Assembly: GCA_964016885.1 (NCBI GenBank)
Contig: OZ024743.1
Coordinates: 314,154,001-314,218,000, forward strand
DNA: 64,000 bases
Direction of reading: 5' to 3'
Origin: Eledone cirrhosa
Taxonomy: Eukaryota
Positions 56,374 through 64,000 of this stretch are shown in pieces; the stretch's first letter is position 1, and each line of letters starts with the position of its first letter. A model generated the notes under the pieces. It was not told the origin of the DNA. It ran no database searches and saw only the letters and a list, made by a program, of their open reading frames with translations. The position numbers and the translations under genes are program-made.

Positions 56374-58823
56374 TGGAAATAGAAATAGAAACAACAAAAC
56401 TAACAATAACAATAGCACTAGTACACATAAAGCAGCAGCCTGGAACTCTACTTTTTATAATCCCTCCGATAAGTCGTTCGACCTACGACGAGTCCACGCC
56501 ACGACTTTACCATTTAAAAAACGCACGCAATTGCCGTCGCAGGTCGATGAACAAACAGAAACACAATTTAGTATAGCTAGATCGGAACTTCAAAATATTA
56601 TAGAACAGTATAGCAAGAAGCATAATAGAATGGAGTCCCAGCAACTGGGAGAAAAATCGGCAAATGGCTTGCGTAAGCTCATGCAGCGCTCGCGTAATTG
56701 AGAGATAGCATGCTTTCCAACAGACAAGTATGGCAGAATGTCGGTTGACAGCCTGCCAAACTACATCCAGCAATGCAACCCCACATCACTAACACAAGAG
56801 AGGTAACACCACAGGAGCATGAGGATAGAGAAAAAGCCCTCAATGCCCATATGGTGATGTGGACGAATATAATGCAGCCCAACAAAAGGACTGCCAACAA
56901 CTTCCAGGCCTGGAACAATGACGTGCCGGCGTTGTATGGGCTTCGAAAAGACCATAAAACGGGCAGTAACCCTGTCACGGGACCACCAACACGGCCAGTC
57001 TGTGGAGCTAACATTGCTAGTAACTACAGACTGTCCTACTTAATCTCCCTGATCATACGCCCCATCATTGAAATGTCCCCAGATGTATGTGACAGCACGG
57101 AGGACCTCCTCAGCAGAATCGGCGAGAGTAACCGATCTAGGGACCTAACAAACTGCATAATAGGTAGTATGGATGTTGTGTCCCAGTATCCATCTATTGA
57201 CGTGGATTTTGCTGTGGAGAAATGCGGAGAAATGATCAGTGAGAGCAATGTTGAGTTCCGTGGGATTGATACCAGTGAGCTGGGACTCCTACTTAAACTT
57301 ACCTATAGTAATAATTACCTAGACACATATGACCTTAGCAACCTGTGCCCTACAAGACCAGCAAGGGGCAGACCACCTACCATTACCTCAATGGCCAAGA
57401 AAACCCACACAGATAGATGGAACGGGTGGACCAGAACCATACGGACACCCGAAAACCACGATGAACTGAAGAAAATAAATTGCACATGTGGTAGGGGCCA
57501 GCATAAAACTAACCCTTAAGGAACATATGTTCAAATTTAATGGAAAAACATATGCCCAAGAGGAAGGAGCAGCCATTGGTGTTAGCATTGCAGGCGACAT
57601 AGCTAACTTATTCATGGTATGTTGGGACAGTAGACTTAAACTTAAACTTAAGGAACAATTAGAAGACCCGTAACCCTGATAATGTACTCCCGCTACGTTG
57701 ATGATATAAACATCGTAGTTAAAACACCCCCATTAGACAACAATCAGGAATTAGGGAAAAACACGTTAGAAAGCATCCAGCAAAAAGCTAACTCCATCCA
57801 CCAGAGTATTAGAGTTACTATAGACTACCCAAGTAAATACCCCAACCATCGACTACCTGTACTAGACACAAAGCTCTGGTTAGATACCATTAATAACAAA
57901 AAACAAATCCTCCATTCCCATTATGCCAAACCCATGACTTCCAAACATCTGAGCCACCGAAACTCAGATGTTTCGGACCATACCAAAATCAACATACTGA
58001 TTGCGGATTTGGTACGGGTGATGAGAAACGTGTCCCGCATGTGCAACCCCGAAGAACTAGAGAGACATATGCAACACTTCATGCACCGTATGCAGTTCTC
58101 TGGTTACAATCAGAGAGATACAATCAGAGTGTATAGAGGAGCCATAACAAATGGGAAAAAATGGTAAATAATGACACAAATGGGACCTGCCCCTTGTATA
58201 GGAGCAAATTTTGGAATAGAATAGAAAGAACTAGGAATAAGGCTAATAGAATAAACTCATGGTATGATAGCAATAAATACCAGAGTGTAATGTTCATCGA
58301 TACAACCCCTAGAGGTGAATTAGCTTACAAATTTAGAAGGGCCCTAGATAAACATAAACTCAATATTAAGATATTACAAAGAGCAGGTACCTCCGTAAAA
58401 ACACTTATTAGCAAGACATACCCTTTTCAAAGAACCCCCTGTATAGATAAGAAATGTATAACCTGTAAATTAAGCCCCCATATTAACTGTAAAACTAGAA
58501 ATGTAGTATGATGTACTGAATGTACTGAAGGACAATGTAGAGACAAAAATATAGTGTACATATGTGAGACAGCTCGTAGTGTAGGGGAACGGATAAATAA
58601 ACACTGGCGAGACCTTCAAGATAGTAAAGAATCATCTGTACTCTACCAACATGCTAAAATACAACATAAGGGTAAATTAGAGAACATAGAAATAAAAATA
58701 GAATCTACACACAGAAAAGACGCAATGTTTAGACAAATCACAGAGGCAATAAACATAAAAGAATTACAACCAAAATTAAATAGAAAATATGAGTGGAACA
58801 GCAACATCACAACTTACAATTAA
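56374..58823 (+). pseudogene. PLE reverse transcriptase and GIY-YIG endonuclease, frameshifted
   Basis: PTDK, PALYGLRKDHK, PTRPV, GSMDVVSQYPSID, FKFNGKTYAQEEGAAIG, YSRYVDD, LPVLD, CIDKKCITC, YICETARSVGERINKH, RQITEAINI. Confidence 0.93.
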
Positions 58824-59024
58824 GGACAAAATGAAAACACACACGCACATAGAACAAACAACCAACCTGTAACATGTAAATAAACAAATAAATAAACAAA
58901 TATAAACACACACAGACACCCGGATGTGGCGCATGCGCAAACTGAGCGCACAACACACACACAGAAACAAAATGGCGTAGGACAGAACAAAAGAGAGGCA
59001 CAAAAACAAGGAAAAGAATCCCCA

Positions 59025-59067
59025 GTCACTGAAGAGGTCACATAAAGTGTGACGAAAGAACTTTGAC
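59025..59067 (+). ncRNA. Minimal type I HHR in the PLE terminal repeat (mirror copy at 56226-56268, - strand)
   Basis: gtca-CTGAAGA-g-gtcaca(taaag)tgtgac-GAAA-gaac-TT-tgac. The two copies differ in the helix II loop (taaag vs gaatg) but not in the stems. Confidence 0.72.
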
Positions 59068-59233
59068 AATATATAAACAACTATCTGGTTGTGGAACCAA
59101 CCAACCAACCGGAAATTTATAAATTCCTAAATTTATAAATTTATTATAATAAATTGAAGTGAACGCAGCTGGTGCGTGTGTTTCTTATTGGCAACATGAC
59201 CCTCCCAAGTATAACAATATATATATAAATATA

Positions 59234-59273
<40 letters not shown>

Positions 59274-59325
59274 CAGATATTTATACACATATACATGTAT
59301 ATATATATATATACATATATATACA

Positions 59326-59448
<123 letters not shown>

Positions 59449-59618
59449 TTATTAAAATAATAGATTAAAGTTTAAGCAAAGAATAGGTGCTTTCACCCTT
59501 AACTGGATCTTCTGAAATTAACAAAGTCAGTCTGTAAACGCATAAGTGGATATTTCAAAAAACGTTGCAACCTTATAGAGCCCTCTTTGGATTTTAGTCT
59601 TCAAATTTATTATTATTA

Positions 59619-59670
<52 letters not shown>

Positions 59671-59732
59671 TCATATATATATATATACATATATATATAT
59701 TTATATACATATAGAGATATATACACATATTC

Positions 59733-59769
<37 letters not shown>

Positions 59770-60038
59770 CACTGGGATTTTGATTATATTAATATCATAC
59801 CCAAATGAAGTTGTTTTACTTACTGATGAACGAATGTGTACATTCATCTATATGGATTTGTAATTTTTAATAGTACGAATTTAATTACATCTTCCAGTGA
59901 GTGAGAAAATGACCTGGGCTGTGTCCAATCCCTTTGACTTTCGTATACCTCCCCGTCTCTTTCTTTCTATCTCTTTCTCTTTGTTTAAGTATATATATGT
60001 ATATATACATATATATACACCCACCCCATATATATATG

Positions 60039-60072
<34 letters not shown>

Positions 60073-60077
<5 letters not shown>

Positions 60078-60890
60078 AAGTTAAATAAAAGTCAAATGAT
60101 TAAAATTTAGCTTCGTTTATTACTGCTATATATATTTCAGTGACAGCCATCTTTGGCTGTGACCTCTTCAGGCAGTTTGAATTAGTATGGTATAGACAAG
60201 TACATATGTTGTTTAGGTGTATGATATTGTCAATACTCTGATATGCCCAGTTCCTTGTTGGGTTGTTAATTCACTGGGGAACTTGAGTCATATGAATTCA
60301 AACAAACGAATTTTAGTGTCACAGGTCCCCTTCTCTCATTGGTCAGTTATTAGTGTTGTCATTGTTGGAGTTAGCTTAAAAATTGATAAAATGGTAGAAG
60401 GGACAAGGTATTGAAGGAACAAAATATCAAAAAATGTGTCAAACTTCCCATTGTTCAGTTCTGAGAGCATTCCTCAGTCAGAAGTCTATAGAATTCATTC
60501 TGGGGTGAGGCTCCCTGTAGTGTTTATGCCTGCTATTGTTCAGTACATTTGACCTCCACCATTATTTTGGTACTGTTGTTGTTGTAGTGGTCAGCTTATA
60601 TCTTGCTGCTGCTAACAATTTAGAAGTATTCAGTTTGTGTTTTCTCTTCATCCCACCCGCCACCATCGTAGTGGTGGTGGCGGGGGGGGGGGTTATTTCA
60701 TGTATATGAAGAAATATAAGGCAATAAATGAAGAAAACAGAAGATAAATAAATAATATAATAAAATAAAATAATTAATATAATTTGTGTAATTTGAAAAT
60801 AAATAAATAAATTCAAATTACACAAATTATATTAATTATTTTATTTTATTATATTATTTATTTATCTTCTGTTTTCTTCATTTATTGCCT
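60073..60890 (-). mobile_element. Longer copy of PLE-like family D; ends at a 79-bp-arm foldback
   Basis: 60073-60300 matches 41446-41660. Perfect arms at 60719-60797 and 60812-60890. Confidence 0.6.
60122..60176 (-). ncRNA. Type I HHR, canonical core (family D)
   Basis: actgc-CTGAAGA-ggtcacagcc(aaagat)ggctgtcact-GAAA-tatata-TA-gcagt, with palindrome ATATATAT. Confidence 0.82.
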
Positions 60891-61107
60891 ATACGCGGAT
60901 ATTTTACGTCTTGATGTGGGAACGTTTCCACAAACCAAAGTATCGTCTTCCTCTCTTACTCCGGTTGCAACATCTTTGGAAATATTTACTTCTGCGTTCA
61001 CAGATTGACTTTGTTAGTTTCCGAAGATCCCGTTAAGGGGGAAAGCACCGATTTTTTGCTTAAACTTTAATCTATTTTAATAAATATATATATATATATA
61101 TGCATAC

Positions 61108-61151
<44 letters not shown>

Positions 61152-61155
<4 letters not shown>

Positions 61156-63050
61156 GAAAAATTTGAACAGGGACAAAACAGAGAGGCAGTACAATAAATC
61201 TTTATTAATTTCACGCTCAGGAGAGTGGGGGGTAGGTGGGGGACGACGTTTCGGGCATAAGTCCTTCCTCAGGTGAGAAGTGTGTGGGAATAGAGTTCAA
61301 AAGGTGTGTAGGGGAGTGGTGGAGAGACATATAGCGAAAGGAAAGGGTGCGAATGAAACAAATAAAGATAAAAAATAAAAATAAAGCATGATCAAAATAC
61401 AATGAATGAGAAAATTAAAAAATAAAGGCATGATCAAAATAAACTGAAATTAAAAGGGGGGTAAACAGGTGGTGGAAGGGTGTGGGGTGAGTAGGGATGG
61501 TGGCGGGTGGAGTGGGGAGAGGGAGATGGGGTGTCCGAGCGTGGGGGGGGGGCTGAAGGTTGTGTGTGTGTGTGTAGGTGTGCGTGTGTGCGTGTGTGTG
61601 TGTATGTGAAAGTAAGGGTTGGGGGAAAAACGGGGTTGCATGTTCAGGAAGGGGTGTATGTGGGTGGTGTTTTTGTGGGTCGGAGTGTCTGTGCGTGTGT
61701 GGATAGGGGGGTAGGGGAGAGGAATCAGGAGGCTGAGGGTGTAAATATGTGGTGGGAAGCACGTGTGTGTGGGGTTTAAGCGTGTTGTGTGTGTGGGTGG
61801 CGTGTGTACAAACAAATTTTTTTGCGGTGTGTGTGCGGGTGAGTTATATAGGTGATTACGCAAGAGGATGGTTGAAAAGTTGGTAAGTTCCAAGGATGTT
61901 CAGTAGAATGTATGTAAGTCAAATTCTGCGTGTGGGTAATCCATGAAGTGGTGGTCGGAAGAGGAGAGATGTGGGGTGCGCGCGCAACAGGAAGTGGTCA
62001 GCAGTGGGAGTGCTGTGGTCTGTTGGTGCTGGGACGTGGCCAGAGGGCACATCAGCAGTCAGTGGAATGGTAGGGAGCGAGGATGGGTAGGTGTGAAAGT
62101 TGGAGTGAGGAGGGTGTGTGTGTGTGTGTGTATTAGTAGGGGTGTTAGTGGGATGAGTGAGTGTGGAGCGAGGGTGTGGGTGGAGTGGGGGAGAGAAGGG
62201 TGTGTGTGGTTCTATGGAGGGAGTGTGGTGTACTGGTGTGTGTGTAGTTTGATGAAGAGGTGTTAGTGGGTGTTAGTATACGGAAGGTGGGGAGAGGTTG
62301 AATGCAGGTGTGAGTGGGGGTTAGTGGTGGTAGGGTGTGTAGAGTTGGTGGTGTACGAGGGTGTGTGGGTACGTGTGCGTGGGGTTGGGGGGTGTTAGTG
62401 ATGTTAGTTGCGTGTGGGGTGGGTGGTGTAAGTGGGTGCGTGTGTTCGTGTGCTTGGGGTTAGGGGGTGTTAGTGAGGTTAGTTGCGGGGTAGTGGGATG
62501 GAGGTGTGGGGGTGAGGGGTGTGGGGGTGAGGGTTAGTGGTGGTAGTAGGGTGTGTGTTTAGTGTGAGCGCGTGTATATATGTGCCGGTGGGTGTGTGCG
62601 TGTGATAAGGAGGGGGAGGAGGAGAAGAGGGGAGGGAAGGGATGTTAGTATGTTAGTTGGGGAAGGGTGGTCAGATGAGGGGTGGAGCGGAGGTGTTAGT
62701 ATTGTTAGTGTGGGGTGGGCGGTGAACAGGAGGGTTGTGTTAGTGGTGTTAGTGGGGGATAAGTGTGGGGGGGTCGAATGCTAAAGGAATAAGGGTGGGG
62801 AGTTCAGGCCGGGGGGAGTGTGGGTCTGTAAGATGAAGATAGTTCGTTGTTCGACCGTAAGGCGAGGGGCGGGTGTTCCGTGGCACTGGAGTAGGCCACA
62901 GACTGAGATGGCGTGCGGAGTGTCCAGGGCCACCAAAGTGGCGGGCGATGGGGGAACTGCCCCCGAGACGAATATCCCGGAGGTGCTCCGTGACACGGTC
63001 CGCCAGGCGACGTCCCGTCCGTCCGACATAAGTCGCGCTGCACTCCGTGC
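61152..63050 (-). mobile_element. 5'-truncated Poseidon-type PLE: GIY-YIG end, ~1.6-kb C/A-rich 3' region and terminal HHR
   Basis: CTECSATYVGRTGRRLADRVTEH, same family as 52733-54080. HHR-like ac-CTGAGGA-aggac(ttat)gccc-GAAA-cg-TC-gt at ~61243-61274 (-). (TA)n on both sides. Confidence 0.85.
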
Positions 63051-63083
<33 letters not shown>

Positions 63084-63084
63084 A

Positions 63085-63112
<28 letters not shown>

Positions 63113-63119
<7 letters not shown>

Positions 63120-63914
63120 TAAAATTATTCCTTCATCAGTGATCTTCCAACTTTCATTGGTATTTCATCGCTTTAAAAATCATATACCTCTAGTTGGTGC
63201 GAGCAATAACAAATAAAGTTATTGGGACAAGTAAAATAGGGTGAAACGAGCGAGATATGTAAACAAACAACGATGGTATGGCAACGGAAAGAGAGGAAGA
63301 GACAAGTACATGAAATCTGTAAGCTTAAGCTTGATGAATTCATGGGCGAGATATACAGAGCATCCGACAAGGGTGATATGTGAACGAGAAAAGGATTTCA
63401 CACAGGTCAAACGGGAGGAAGTGAGAGAGGGGGAGAAGCAGACAGTAAGTTAGTGGAAGTGTGAGGGAGAGACGAGCAGAGGGGGTAAAAAGAGGAGGTA
63501 GAGAATAAGAAAGAAACAGACAATCGCAGCTGAGGAAAAAATATAAATATGAGAAAAATGGAGCGCTGCGTGGTTGCACATGGGTTACACCCTTTTCTCG
63601 CTCACATATCACCCATGTCGGATGGTCTGTATCTCTCGCCCATGAATTCACCAAGATTAAGCTTACAGATTTCATGTGCTTGTCTCTTCCTCTCTTTCCG
63701 TTTTCATACCATCGTTGTCTGTTTACATGTCTCGCTCGTTTCACCCTATTTTACTTGTCCCAATAACTTTATTTGTTATTGCTCGCGCCAACTAGAGGTA
63801 TATGATTTTTAAAGCGATGAAATACAAATGAAATTTGGAAGATCACTGATGAAGGACTAATTTTATTCATATGTAACCCATGTGCAACTATGCAGCGGTC
63901 CATTTTTCTCATAT
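63113..63914. repeat. Interleaved double inverted repeat in (TA)n, PLE-like
   Basis: ~63113-63395 pairs with ~63591-63872 (imperfect), and 63547-63589 pairs with 63872-63914. CTGATGA at 63846 is cut off shortly downstream. Confidence 0.8.
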
Positions 63915-64000
63915 ATATATATATATCATATATTGGGTGGGTGTGTATGTTTGCGAAAGGCACTCAATGGCACACAATGTACCATATAATTGGCTGTGTT

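Larger units (their letters stand above)
56072..59220 (+). mobile_element. Penelope-like element, 5'-truncated, with ~300-bp inverted terminal repeats
   Basis: Arms 56072-56373 and 58920-59220 enclose RT and GIY-YIG sequence. (TA)n at the 3' end. Confidence 0.93.

Noticed and set aside
56072-59220. DNA transposon, DIRS element or LTR retrotransposon suggested by long terminal repeats
   Set aside because: The internal protein is PLE-type RT plus GIY-YIG, with no transposase, integrase or tyrosine recombinase. The left arm is an inverted copy of the 3' terminal repeat.
61015-61060. HHR-like motif in family C (C[C/A]GAAGA-tccc..ggg-GAAA; also ~1690-1725 and ~59485-59520)
   Set aside because: The core is non-canonical and no helix I pairing exists in any of the three copies. 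At most vestigial.

Overview
Eukaryotic, AT-rich, microsatellite-saturated intergenic or intronic DNA. The tRNA-derived SINE family suggests a mollusc, probably an octopod cephalopod (inference). No host protein-coding gene could be supported, and most listed ORFs are translations of (TA)n, (CA)n, (GA)n or (TTA)n repeats. The window is a retroelement landscape with three layers. (1) A ~15.4-kb cluster (17559-33001) built on (TTA)n tracts holds a Tx1/L1-clade LINE plus a 3' fragment on the + strand, and two different R4/Dong-type restriction-like-endonuclease LINEs on the - strand. (2) Penelope-like elements (PLE; RT and GIY-YIG remnants) and short non-coding derivatives, most sitting in (TA)n tracts, many with inverted 5' duplications that make long foldbacks. 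(3) RTE-like fragments, Helitron remnants and SINEs. The main hidden signal is about 20 type I hammerhead ribozyme (HHR) motifs from about 12 unrelated sequence families, found by eye. Nearly all carry a palindromic helix III. They include two retrozyme-like tandem arrays (557 bp x ~4.4 and ~427 bp x ~2.1), a U3-A8 covariant core, and a 212-bp-arm foldback that encodes an HHR on both strands. All ribozyme calls are structural predictions, not tested activity.
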